NCBI GenBank assembly: GCA_026394555.1
Contig: JAPKXZ010000052.1
Coordinates: 101,376-165,375, forward strand
DNA: 64,000 nt
Direction of reading: 5' to 3'
Origin: Methanothrix sp.
GTDB lineage: Archaea > Halobacteriota > Methanosarcinia > Methanotrichales > Methanotrichaceae
Shown here: positions 37,701 through 46,629 of the stretch, piece by piece
How positions within the stretch are numbered: the first letter of the stretch is position 1
How the letters are laid out: each line of letters starts with the position of its first letter
Made by a program: the position numbers and the translations under genes
Notes under the pieces: model-generated
Databases searched by the model: none
Seen by the model: only the letters and a program-made list of their open reading frames with translations
Told to the model about the DNA's origin: nothing

Positions 37701-38509
37701 GCTGCATCTCCTCTTCCCGGCTTGATCTCTCTGGCCAGCTCATCAATGATTGACAAAAGCTCCGGCAAGAGCAGGAATACCAGGTAAGATATGGCCAGGA
37801 GCGCTAATGTCGATCCTACCTTGGCAATTATATTATGAGCAATATCAAAGCTACCTTCCCCAAACCAGCTCCATCCGTAGGCCATGAGTACAAATCCATT
37901 TCTCACAATGTTCAAGAGATATATGGAGAATGTGGATGCAGCCAGCGCCGCCAGCTTGCGACCCAATGGTGCCTCAACCGACAAAATCACTCCGGCAAAT
38001 AGAGCTATGCTCTCAATGGCCGTGCAGGCCAGGATGATCTGCACCGACCGGCCGTTGAGGCTCATTATGTTCCAGCTCTCCATGATCACGGGGACGGAGA
38101 GGAACTGCAGCATCTTTGCGGTTATGAGCGTGGTAAATCCAATCAGCCCAACCTGAAGTGCCTGTACTTCGGCAAATGGAAAATAGATAATTCCACAGAC
38201 AGCAGCCGCATAGCTCGCCCAATAGCACGCCTTGGATGAAAAGCCCCTGCTCATCACAATCCAGGCCATGTAGAAGCTCAAGAGACCTGCCGCCAAAAAG
38301 AGAGCCACATTGAAGTAGTCCTCTATGGCCAGATAATGCTCTATCTGGCCGAGCCAGAAGAATGCAAATAGGGCCCATCCTGGAACTGCGATACGGCTGA
38401 TCCTGGTCAGGGCCGATGCTAGGAGTAAAACCAAGCTAATCCAGAGCAGATAGGAAACCAGCCATTCCAGCATCATCAATCCTAGAAGTACCACAGGTTT
38501 ATTTAGCAT
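37697..38509 (-). CDS. archaeosortase (ArtA-like)
   Basis: 270-aa polytopic membrane protein. Exosortase/archaeosortase catalytic pattern: Cys in ILACTAIESIALF, Arg in LLNIVRNGF, His in DIAHNIIAK. The subtype is inferred only from synteny with pssA/psd. Confidence 0.75.
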   Translation of the reverse strand: MLNKPVVLLGLMMLEWLVSYLLWISLVLLLASALTRISRIAVPGWALFAFFWLGQIEHYLAIEDYFNVALFLAAGLLSFYMAWIVMSRGFSSKACYWASYAAAVCGIIYFPFAEVQALQVGLIGFTTLITAKMLQFLSVPVIMESWNIMSLNGRSVQIILACTAIESIALFAGVILSVEAPLGRKLAALAASTFSIYLLNIVRNGFVLMAYGWSWFGEGSFDIAHNIIAKVGSTLALLAISYLVFLLLPELLSIIDELAREIKPGRGDAA

Positions 38510-38574
38510 TATCTACTTACATCTGATTTTAGGGTAGGGCCCGTGTATACATCGTTAGACAGGTTTGGTTGAAT

Positions 38575-41500
38575 ATGAATCGAAATATTTTAGTTATTAT
38601 TTCTGCTGTATGCTTAATCTTAGCAGCCTTCTCCTCTGCACAGGCAGCAAAGCTTCCTTCTACAGCCGATCAGAAGATCGATCCAGAGCTTGCACAGCTG
38701 CTCGCTAAGCAAGGGGATGGACAGATCCATGCGGAAAAGATCCCAGTAATTGTGATGCTCAAATCGACCGTCTCTTCCAATTCAGACAGTCTTATCCCGG
38801 AGAACCTCATTTCTAACGACCTCACTGTTAGGTACCGGTATCGTCTCATCCCCGGCCTGGCAGGGGAGGCTACGGCTATTGCCATAAAAAAGATGGCAGA
38901 AAGCGACCTGGTATCGGGAATTTATTTTGATGGCAAAACACAAATATCTTCATCCGATAATAACTCATCTCGGAATGAATCTATCTCTCAGGAAGAATCT
39001 ATCTCAACGGATGGATATATTTCTCCTGCTCAAATTATAAAGGCAGACCGCCTCTGGGAAAAGGGGATCGACGGTCGGGGAATAACCGTAGCGGTAATCG
39101 ATTCAGGGATAGATAAAAATCACCCAGACCTGATCGGCAAGGTAGTAGCCGAGAAGAATTTCCTGGCCGATGAGATCACGGCAGACGATCTATTGGGCCA
39201 CGGAACAATGGTGGCCGGAATCATTGCCGGCTCAGGTGCGGCCTCCAATGGAAGGTATAAAGGAATTGCTCCCGGTGCAAAGTTGATCAGTGTCAAAGTA
39301 ATCGATGGCAAAGGGGACGGCAAAGTATCGGATATCATCGCGGGAATTGAGTGGGCCGTTTACAATGGGGCTGATGTCCTTAGCCTGAGCCTGGGTGGCA
39401 TAAATCTGGGCGAGACCAATCCGCCCATAACCATGGCTGCGGACAATGCCGCAAGTGCCGGAGTCGTTGTCTGTGTGGCGGCAGGCAACCGTAACAGCAG
39501 CGAAACAGGAGGTCAGGTGGCAGGAACCTCCAGCAGCCAGGTAGGCCGGGGCACACCCGCAGGCTTATCCCAGACCGACGGGGCCAAAAAGGATGTGTAT
39601 TATCTCTTCGTCCCAATCGTCCTGGCTCTTCCGCCGGGCTTGATCGACTCCCCGGGTGACGGAGTAAAGGTCATCACCGTGGGAGCCACGGATGCCAAGG
39701 GCCATATCGCCGGCTTTTCCGGTTCAGGGCCCACCAGGGACGATCGGATCAAGCCCGACGTTGTGGCACCGGGCGTTGATATCATCTCCATTGTGCCCGT
39801 CGGTGTGAAAAGGCCGAAATCAGTAGATGTTTATTATTCACAAGAGTCGGGCACCAGCTTATCCGCACCAGTGGCTTCAGGCCTATCTGCACTGCTCTTG
39901 CAGGCCAACAAAAACCTGAGCGCGGCAGGCGTCAAAGCGGTCATGACCCGGGGAGCAACAAAACTGAACAATACCCTGGGTGAAAGTTACGAAGAGTACT
40001 ATCAAGGTGCAGGAATGCTGGATGCGCTTTCTTCTTATAATCTACTTTTGAATAATAGTAATAGTGGTAATATCTGTGGAGCGATTCCGGATCGCTGGAC
40101 CGCCGGTCGCTGGGCATACCTGCCGGCAGGAAAAGGAGTATATGTGGGGCTGGATACGGGCGCAGACCGGCCGCAAAAGAAGATATATGCTCTTGCTCCG
40201 GGCGACGAAGACTGGAATTTGCGCTTTGTGTTCTTTTCTGATCAAGAGATAGAAAACATCAAGACATCAGTGCAGGGAGATGTAGCCGATTGGGTAAGCC
40301 TGCAAACGTTGCCGAAAACTATTCTGGCCAACGATCAGAAAGTCTTTGCGGCTTCGATTACTGTGCCGCAGGACACACTTCCCGGGCTTTATAACGGTAC
40401 CATTGAGATAACAAAAGAAAATGAGAATCTTCTCCAGATTCCCATCAGCGTGAATGTGGCCATGCCCCTCAATATCTCCCAGGGAGTAGCCAATCAGACT
40501 GGATCGCTTATTGGAAACGAATGGCATTACTACTATCTGGAGATGAAGCCCGGAACCACGGAGTTTGAAGCATCTCTAACTTGGCAAGAGGACACTAACC
40601 TCGATCTATTCCTCATCTCTCCCACCAGCGAGTATTACACCGGTGAGAAGATAAGCCGGCAGGAGAAAAAGAAGATACAGGGCCCGTCCTCGGGAAAATG
40701 GCTTATTGCCCTTCATAGTGAGAATGCAACGCATTCGGCCAATTACACACTGCAGGTAGAACGATCTCAGTTGGAGACTTCTCCCATGCGCTGGAATTTG
40801 GAGTCGGCATCTGCCGGCACGAGCACCCAAACAAAGTTTGCACTGAGGAACCTTGGACGATCTCTGCAAAACCTCAGCTACACCGGGGTGATCGAGAACA
40901 CCACTATCCGGGAGTTGGAGGGCCATGTGGGATATAAAGAAACCTGGAATAAAACCGTAAATGTCACAAAGAGTACAAAAAAGATCTCGGCAGAGTTAAG
41001 CTCTGTTGGTGGCAGCAATGATAGCGAGGTTGCGCTTGTCTTCGAGAATCCAAAGGGCATTGCCAGTGAGGAGAACGCGGCTTTAGGATCAGGTGATCTA
41101 GGTCCTGTGGAAATCAGCAATCCTATGTTGGGCAACTGGACGCTAAAGGTTTACGGATACAATGTTCCGAATGCGGGAGCGTCCTTTAGAGTTCGTGTCA
41201 AGGAATATGCAGAGGAAGAGTGGACCTGGATCACAACCATTGGCCCAGAGCGACTGGAGAGCGACTCCAATGGGACGGTGGAGGCCAATCTCACCATACC
41301 GGAAGGTACATCGCTTCCCAGGCGGGACGGATACATAAAAATCTCTTCGGACAGTCACACCTTTGAGCTTCCGGTGAGCGTGAGCATAGCCGGCACCAGA
41401 TTGGCGGGCCTGACAGAAGAAGAGGCAATAGATCGCGACAAGGATGGCCTCTTTGACGACCTAACTTTGGGCTTTGGCCTGAACATCACAGCGCCGGGAG

Positions 41501-42183
41501 AGTTTCGGCTTAATGGAGTGCTGGTCGATTGCAGCGGCAACCGGATTGGCACAATAGATCGCAGCTTTGCGCTTAAAGAGAGCGGAAGCATAATGGTCAA
41601 TGCCAGCGGCACCGATATTTGGAGATATGGCAAGTGCGGACCATTGCGAATTCAAAACCTCATACTTTACGATGAGAGTGGAAGCTACATCGATCGATTC
41701 GACAAAGATATCATCATAAACCGGGAGCCAAAAGAGTTCCAGCCACCAGTAGCCTATTTGACTGGCGAGTATGTCAACCGGACGACCCGCTCCGCCATAG
41801 CCGTCGGGGTAAATGTCACAGTCATCAAGTCCGGCCGGTACAAGCTGCAGGGCATCATTGTGGATGACGCCGGCGACGAAGTAGGAGAAAAGATCGTAGA
41901 GAGCAATCTCTCCGCCGGCAATGTCACAATGCTGCTGCAGTTTGATCCCACACAGTTCATGAGCCAGGGTGAGGTCTCTGCGGTGCATCTGGTGGATCTG
42001 GTCCTCAGCCGTGATGGAGGGGCGCTGGAGAGAAGTGAGGAAGCCTGGAGCTCGGAGAATATGGACCCGCAGGCATTCAAGGTCGGCCTGGGCCCGAAGG
42101 CCAGTTCCTCCGGGCGACCTGTGGTCAAGCTGGGCGGAGCCGACGGGGTGCGGCTGGAGAACGGCACGGCGGTCATATCCTGA
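38575..42183 (+). CDS. large secreted subtilisin-like (S8) serine peptidase with long beta-rich C-terminal extension
   Basis: ORF from 38569 (TTG), with an ATG at 38575. Signal MNRNILVIISAVCLILAAFSSAQA. Triad motifs VAVIDSGID, HGTMVAGIIAG and GTSLSAPVASG. About 700 aa of C-terminal domains follow, with no C-terminal TM or PGF-CTERM. Confidence 0.9.
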   Translation: MNRNILVIISAVCLILAAFSSAQAAKLPSTADQKIDPELAQLLAKQGDGQIHAEKIPVIVMLKSTVSSNSDSLIPENLISNDLTVRYRYRLIPGLAGEATAIAIKKMAESDLVSGIYFDGKTQISSSDNNSSRNESISQEESISTDGYISPAQIIKADRLWEKGIDGRGITVAVIDSGIDKNHPDLIGKVVAEKNFLADEITADDLLGHGTMVAGIIAGSGAASNGRYKGIAPGAKLISVKVIDGKGDGKVSDIIAGIEWAVYNGADVLSLSLGGINLGETNPPITMAADNAASAGVVVCVAAGNRNSSETGGQVAGTSSSQVGRGTPAGLSQTDGAKKDVYYLFVPIVLALPPGLIDSPGDGVKVITVGATDAKGHIAGFSGSGPTRDDRIKPDVVAPGVDIISIVPVGVKRPKSVDVYYSQESGTSLSAPVASGLSALLLQANKNLSAAGVKAVMTRGATKLNNTLGESYEEYYQGAGMLDALSSYNLLLNNSNSGNICGAIPDRWTAGRWAYLPAGKGVYVGLDTGADRPQKKIYALAPGDEDWNLRFVFFSDQEIENIKTSVQGDVADWVSLQTLPKTILANDQKVFAASITVPQDTLPGLYNGTIEITKENENLLQIPISVNVAMPLNISQGVANQTGSLIGNEWHYYYLEMKPGTTEFEASLTWQEDTNLDLFLISPTSEYYTGEKISRQEKKKIQGPSSGKWLIALHSENATHSANYTLQVERSQLETSPMRWNLESASAGTSTQTKFALRNLGRSLQNLSYTGVIENTTIRELEGHVGYKETWNKTVNVTKSTKKISAELSSVGGSNDSEVALVFENPKGIASEENAALGSGDLGPVEISNPMLGNWTLKVYGYNVPNAGASFRVRVKEYAEEEWTWITTIGPERLESDSNGTVEANLTIPEGTSLPRRDGYIKISSDSHTFELPVSVSIAGTRLAGLTEEEAIDRDKDGLFDDLTLGFGLNITAPGEFRLNGVLVDCSGNRIGTIDRSFALKESGSIMVNASGTDIWRYGKCGPLRIQNLILYDESGSYIDRFDKDIIINREPKEFQPPVAYLTGEYVNRTTRSAIAVGVNVTVIKSGRYKLQGIIVDDAGDEVGEKIVESNLSAGNVTMLLQFDPTQFMSQGEVSAVHLVDLVLSRDGGALERSEEAWSSENMDPQAFKVGLGPKASSSGRPVVKLGGADGVRLENGTAVIS

Positions 42184-42211
42184 TTTGGGAATTAGGCTCA
42201 CCACATAATTT

Positions 42212-42340
42212 CCCGTCTCTGCACCTTATCGCGTCTCTGCGGTTAATATTAGTAGCTGAATAATCAAACCCTGGGGGTTACGAAATTATACCGCAGAGTC
42301 GCAGAGAACGCAGAGGACGAACGAACGGAGACGACGACTA
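42212..42340. repeat. 8-nt-periodic hairpin element, locus D (CTCTGCG / CGCAGAG units)
   Basis: cccgtctctgcaccttatcgcgtctctgcggttaatattagtagctgaataatcaaaccctgggggttacgaaattataccgcagagtcgcagagaacgcagaggacgaacgaacggagacgacgac. It aligns with locus B along its whole length. Confidence 0.85.
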
Positions 42341-42590
42341 AAGTGGATTTTGGGTCATAAAAGAAGAGAGTCAATTTTTCCGACAGCCATCCACACGCGC
42401 GCCCGCCCGCATTCGCGCGTGACGCAGGCTCGCCCCGGTGCCCGCAGGCGGGAGCCATTGCCTGCGAGCGCTTCCGCATAAACGTCCATGGCTGAAAAGT
42501 CGTTGGCCATATTGGAAATTTTATCGAAGACTGTGCATCATGGCCTTATCCCTGCTGTTTATGCCATTGCCAAAGCAAAAAACCATTTTT

Positions 42591-42747
42591 CCATATAGCG
42601 GCAAGCTCATCAACTGCTTCCATCGTGCTGTTTCCAAGCCTGCCCGGCGTTGAGGCCGCCCGAGCTCTTCCGCGCGCAACACCCGCGCGCGGCACTCCGG
42701 CAGATCAGGCGGCAAGGGTAATCGCAAACTACTCTGAAGCACAAACC
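42591..42747. repeat. about 157-bp direct repeat R2a flanking the TA module; contains GC hairpin 42670-42692
   Basis: ...catcaactgcttccatcgtgctgtttccaagcctgcccggcgttgaggccgcccgagctcttCCGCGCGCaacacccGCGCGCGGcactcc...aagcacaaacc. Confidence 0.85.
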
Positions 42748-42832
42748 TTCATTTAAGCTTTAGAAAAGTTCATGTATCAAGTGCACTTATTATTGATCGC
42801 AGCAGATCAAAAATCAGGAGATTCAATAATAA

Positions 42833-43027
42833 ATGTGCTCAGACAGTATGAAGGCAAAAGAGGCCATAACTGCCCAGGTGATAGATAGACCGCTAACCGA
42901 TGAAGAGGCACAAAAGCTCATAGAATTTGAGACCCATATAAGAAGATCGATTAAGCAGTTCGAAGCTGGTCTTGGCAGAACCTTTGACGATAAAGAAGAG
43001 TTTCTGGACTATTTAAGAAATCTCTAG
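42833..43027 (+). CDS. putative antitoxin of a RelE/ParE-type TA pair
   Basis: Small acidic ORF (likely start MKAKEAIT at 42848) lying 9 nt upstream of the toxin-like ORF. No family motif recognised. The call rests on position and size. Confidence 0.5.
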   Translation: MCSDSMKAKEAITAQVIDRPLTDEEAQKLIEFETHIRRSIKQFEAGLGRTFDDKEEFLDYLRNL

Positions 43028-43036
43028 TCTTATTTT

Positions 43037-43390
43037 ATGAGATTCAAGTATGAGCCCGTACCGGATTTTATCGATCAGTTCGAGAAGTTGACCCGGAAGG
43101 ACAGAACACTGCGGGAAAGGGCAATCAAGAAGATTGATCAAATATTAGATAATCCGGAAATAGGTGAGCCAAAAAAATACCGATTAAAGATGGCAAGAGG
43201 TGTTCATGTCAATCCCTTTGTCATCGTCTATATGATTGTTGGAGATAAAATTGTATTCTTATGGTTTGATCACCATGACCAGGCATATGATAAAGCATCT
43301 TACGTTTTGGAAAAGACTGCCTTGAATTATCCTGATTTGCTGGCAAATGACGTTTCTCCTGAAAGAACTGACAAAGATGATGATCCATAA
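43037..43390 (+). CDS. RelE/ParE-family toxin-like protein
   Basis: 117 aa. F..QFEKL...DR.LRERA.KKIDQIL.NP..GEPKKYRL...RGVHV.PFVIVYMI.GDKIVFLWFDHHDQAY matches the RelE/ParE layout. Confidence 0.7.
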   Translation: MRFKYEPVPDFIDQFEKLTRKDRTLRERAIKKIDQILDNPEIGEPKKYRLKMARGVHVNPFVIVYMIVGDKIVFLWFDHHDQAYDKASYVLEKTALNYPDLLANDVSPERTDKDDDP

Positions 43391-43415
43391 TGTTGGGCGT
43401 TTTCTGGAGATATTT

Positions 43416-43573
43416 CTATAAAGCCTCCAATCTCATCAACCGCTTCCAACGTGCTGTTTCCAAGCCTGCCCGGCGTTGAGGTGCCCGAGCTCTCCCGCGC
43501 ACAACACCCGTGCGCGGCACCCCTGTGGATCAGACGGCAGGAAGAAATGCAAACGTCCCCAAAGCACAAACCC
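43416..43573. repeat. about 158-bp direct repeat R2b flanking the TA module; contains GC hairpin 43495-43517
   Basis: ...catcaaccgcttccaacgtgctgtttccaagcctgcccggcgttgaggtgcccgagctctcCCGCGCACaacacccGTGCGCGGcacccc...aagcacaaaccc. Confidence 0.85.
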
Positions 43574-43609
43574 ATGAAAACCAGAGACAAAAGCCGTCCC
43601 AATGCGTTG

Positions 43610-43695
43610 CCCGCGAAAATTTAACCCACGGATACGGAAATTATACCACAGAGGCACAGAGCACACAGAGGACGAACGCGGAGACTAAAATTTCG
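43610..43695. repeat. 8-nt-periodic element, locus E (right arm only, CACAGAG units)
   Basis: gcgaaaatttaacccacggatacggaaattataccacagaggcacagagcacacagaggacgaacgcggagactaaaa. Collinear with the right half of loci B and D. Confidence 0.75.
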
Positions 43696-43751
43696 TCCAA
43701 GAGGAGAGATTAAAAGCGTAGACTGGAATTATAGCTTGCAAAGGATCTCAA

Positions 43752-44747
43752 ATGTCGCTCTTTCACATAACTCGTCAATCGGGCATCCCATTGGTTGGGT
43801 GCATCTACTTCGGCGTGGTCGATCGGGGCAGCAGCCTGCTGCAGATCAGGCCGAGCTGCGGCTGCAACCTGAATTGCCCCTTCTGCTCGGTGGATGCGGG
43901 CCCGCACTCTCGGTCGCGCGTCACGGACTACCAGGTGGAGCTGGACTATCTGATGGAGGCGGTGGAGGAGATCGCTCCCTTCAAGGGGCCGGGGGTGGAG
44001 TGCCACATCGACTCACCTGGGGAACCCATGCTCTATCCGGACATTGTGCCGTTGGTAGAGCGGCTCAAGGCCATAAAAGAGGTCAGCGTCGTCTCCATGC
44101 AGAGCAACGGCACTCTCTTTGATGAAGAGCGAATCCGGGCACTGGAAGAGGCGGGCCTGGATAGGATCAACCTCTCCATTCACTCTTTGCAGCCGGAGAA
44201 GGCGGCCTTTCTGGCGGGCATGCCCGGCTTTGACATCGAAAAAATAAAGCATGCGGCAAAAAGCATTGCCGAAAGCAAGATCGACCTTATGATTGCGCCC
44301 GTTTTGATCCCAGGCATCAACGACGAGGACATGCCGGAGCTAATCCGCTTCGCCCAGGAGATCGGCGCGGGAAAGAGGTGGCCGCCCCTGGGGATTCAGA
44401 AGTTTGAGCACTACCGGCTGGGCAGGAGTCCGGGCAAAGTCAAGGCCCAGAACTGGTGGCAGTTTTACAATCGCAGCATGGCTGAATGGGAGAAGCAGTT
44501 CTCCATACCGCTTCGCCTCAAGGCCCAGGACTTCAAGATTGAGAGGCGGCCCACTATCCCCACGGTCTTTGAGAAGAAAGAGAAGACCTGGGTGGAGATC
44601 AAGGCTCCCGGTTGGGTGAGCGGAGAACAATTGGGCGTCGCGAAAAACCGGGTGGTATCGGTGATGGACTGCCCCATCAAGCTGGGCAGCGTGCGGGTGC
44701 AAATTGTGAGCAACAAGCACAACATCTACGTGGCGGTGCCTTGCTGA
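43752..44747 (+). CDS. radical SAM protein with C-terminal OB/TRAM-like domain (function unknown)
   Basis: CxxxCxxC motif CNLNCPFCS, plus SPGEPMLYP and NGTL...LDRINLSIHS. The C-terminal roughly 70 aa are beta-rich. Confidence 0.8.
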   Translation: MSLFHITRQSGIPLVGCIYFGVVDRGSSLLQIRPSCGCNLNCPFCSVDAGPHSRSRVTDYQVELDYLMEAVEEIAPFKGPGVECHIDSPGEPMLYPDIVPLVERLKAIKEVSVVSMQSNGTLFDEERIRALEEAGLDRINLSIHSLQPEKAAFLAGMPGFDIEKIKHAAKSIAESKIDLMIAPVLIPGINDEDMPELIRFAQEIGAGKRWPPLGIQKFEHYRLGRSPGKVKAQNWWQFYNRSMAEWEKQFSIPLRLKAQDFKIERRPTIPTVFEKKEKTWVEIKAPGWVSGEQLGVAKNRVVSVMDCPIKLGSVRVQIVSNKHNIYVAVPC

Positions 44748-44813
44748 ATATTGTACCGATATTCTGGCTGATATTCTTACTGAAAATCTATAACTCTAAT
44801 TTGCTGAATTCCT

Positions 44814-45503
44814 CTAAATATCCCTGGACATTCGCGACAGCCGGTTGATCAGCCATTTGGTGAGAAATCCTGTCAAGAAGCAGATGAACATGATGGAAAA
44901 CTCCCGGCTCTGGGAGCTGCCGTCCATGGCGATAAAGCCGGAGCTGACGAACAGATAGGCCATGTAGCCGAAGACCATGGCCAGCAGCGGCAATGCCATG
45001 TACCAGAGTCTCTTGTAGCGCGAGGCCATACCATAGCGGCGCAGGTCGTCGGCAATGCCCGTCAGTATCTGGGCCGAGGAGCCCAGGCCCGCGAAGAACG
45101 AGGACCAGAGTGGCACGCCCAGAACGCTCACCTCGGAGAATCTGGTGATCAAAAAGCTGAAGAGTATGATGGCCAAAGAGGCAAAGATCACGGCATAAAG
45201 CCCGTAGAGCTTGAAGAAGTAAGAGAGGGTGCGCAGGCTATGAAATCGGGAGCCTTTGATCTTGATCTTGGAATCGTTGATGGCAGAAGTAAGCTCGTAC
45301 CTGGCCCGGTCGCAGTAGAGGAATGACTCGGAGAGGTTCTCCTTGTTGAACTCCTTTAAGGCCAGGACGTAAAAGTCATAGCTGTCTTTTATGTCGATGG
45401 AACTTCGGTGGGCTGCCTGAAGCATGCGGTCCAGCCTCTTAAGGTCTACTTCCACCTCAGAGCATGATTGCGGGATAGAACAGGCTTTAGAGTCAGTGTC
45501 CAC
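44814..45503 (-). CDS. hypothetical membrane protein (soluble helical N-domain + about 4 TM)
   Basis: 229-aa ORF with a GTG start. No family recognised. Followed upstream by an AT-rich intergenic region. Confidence 0.55.
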   Translation of the reverse strand: MDTDSKACSIPQSCSEVEVDLKRLDRMLQAAHRSSIDIKDSYDFYVLALKEFNKENLSESFLYCDRARYELTSAINDSKIKIKGSRFHSLRTLSYFFKLYGLYAVIFASLAIILFSFLITRFSEVSVLGVPLWSSFFAGLGSSAQILTGIADDLRRYGMASRYKRLWYMALPLLAMVFGYMAYLFVSSGFIAMDGSSQSREFSIMFICFLTGFLTKWLINRLSRMSRDI

Positions 45504-45675
45504 AACTAAATTAGTAACTAGATTAATATAAATAGTTTTCGTGCAACAAAGAAATCACCTAACATATTAAAAATAATTTTTCTTGATTTGAATTTTTGGT
45601 TGTCTGAGAATAATCATAATATATCTCGATTGGACTTTTCCCTACACATAAAATGATAATATAATTACTATTGTA

Positions 45676-45885
45676 TCATACTATCGCCACCTTCCTCGCA
45701 GCTCTTATCTGGTGAAGAAGTTTCTCCTTAAGCGATCCCTTATGCCTTTTATTGGCAGAGGATGCGGTGGTATACTCGGGCAATGCTATCATGTGGATCT
45801 CCTCAATCATGCTCTCGGCAATGTTGCAGCATTCGTCCATGCCGCGATCCAGGGCGGAGCGGTTTTCTTTAACAACTTCTTTCAT
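45676..45885 (-). CDS. small hypothetical protein
   Basis: 69-aa ORF, no motif. Coding status uncertain. Confidence 0.3.
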   Translation of the reverse strand: MKEVVKENRSALDRGMDECCNIAESMIEEIHMIALPEYTTASSANKRHKGSLKEKLLHQIRAARKVAIV

Positions 45886-46035
45886 ACGTTTAGTTAATTC
45901 GTCTTCATTAAAAAATTTTTCCCTCGTTAAAAATGCAGGCTGTCTTCAAAAATTCCAAAAAATCTATCTATTCCAGCCCTGCCCGCGCTCATTTGCGGCG
46001 TGCAGACGGAAGCTACGGGCGCTGGGCCGCCATAC

Positions 46036-46043
46036 TTTAAATA
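46036..46043 (+). promoter_or_regulatory. archaeal TATA-box candidate for the zinc-finger gene
   Basis: tttaaata lies 23-30 nt upstream of the ATG at 46066, spacing that would give a leaderless or near-leaderless mRNA. Confidence 0.4.
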
Positions 46044-46065
46044 CTCCGTGGAATAATTATATGCT

Positions 46066-46629
46066 ATGCTTGATGATCAGATCTTCTGTCCTACCTGTGG
46101 TGCCGATACGGAGCATACAATGATCAAATCCGGCCAGGAGAATCTAGTGCGCTGTGTTGAATGCGAGACGGTTCATTCCGTGCAGGTAGAGCGCGAGCGG
46201 CTGGTCAATCTCAAGGTCATAGTGAGCAATGACGAGCTATCTGAGCAATACTATATCCGAATCCCGGCCAAAGATATGCTGCACGTCGGAGATGAGCTTT
46301 TGGTGGACGACCCAGCCAAAGATGTGGTCATGACCGAAATCTCATCTCTGGAAACAGATCGCAGGGTCAACAGTGCTCCTGCTGAGACAGTAAAGACCGT
46401 CTGGGCAAGGGCCACGGATGATGTGCCCCTCAAGATCTCTGTCTATCGAAACGGTAATACTCATTCCTTCAAGATCCCCGTCTCCGGCGATGAGGTCTTT
46501 GAAGTTGGAGAAGCCCGAAAAGTGGAAGGATTCAAATTTGTGATCGTAAAGATGAAGCTGCGCGGCGAGGGCTTTGCCGATAGGGCCGAAGCCAAAGACA
46601 TACAACGAGTTTGGGGTCGAGAGCTTTGA
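46066..46629 (+). CDS. archaeal zinc-finger protein (HVO_0476/COG1326-like)
   Basis: N-terminal zinc ribbon CPTCGADTEHT...VRCVECETVHSV followed by a beta-rich domain. Confidence 0.55.
   Translation: MLDDQIFCPTCGADTEHTMIKSGQENLVRCVECETVHSVQVERERLVNLKVIVSNDELSEQYYIRIPAKDMLHVGDELLVDDPAKDVVMTEISSLETDRRVNSAPAETVKTVWARATDDVPLKISVYRNGNTHSFKIPVSGDEVFEVGEARKVEGFKFVIVKMKLRGEGFADRAEAKDIQRVWGREL

Noticed and set aside
42591-43573. The TA-flanking repeats as integron attC sites.
   Set aside because: The candidate core GTTGAGG does not fit GTTRRRY at the last position. No RYYYAAC partner is evident, no intI-type integrase is adjacent, and the only recombinase relic is 20 kb away. I kept the idea only as something for a proper attC model to test.
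42264-43602. ORFs called across the repeat elements and GC-rich tracts (42264-42479, 42438-42653, 42521-42742, 43327-43602, 43436-43666; similarly 22017-22537).
   Set aside because: They are built from repeat arms or GC-rich palindromic DNA, overlap one another in several frames, and have low-complexity Arg/Ala/Gly/Pro translations. I treated them as non-coding repeats.
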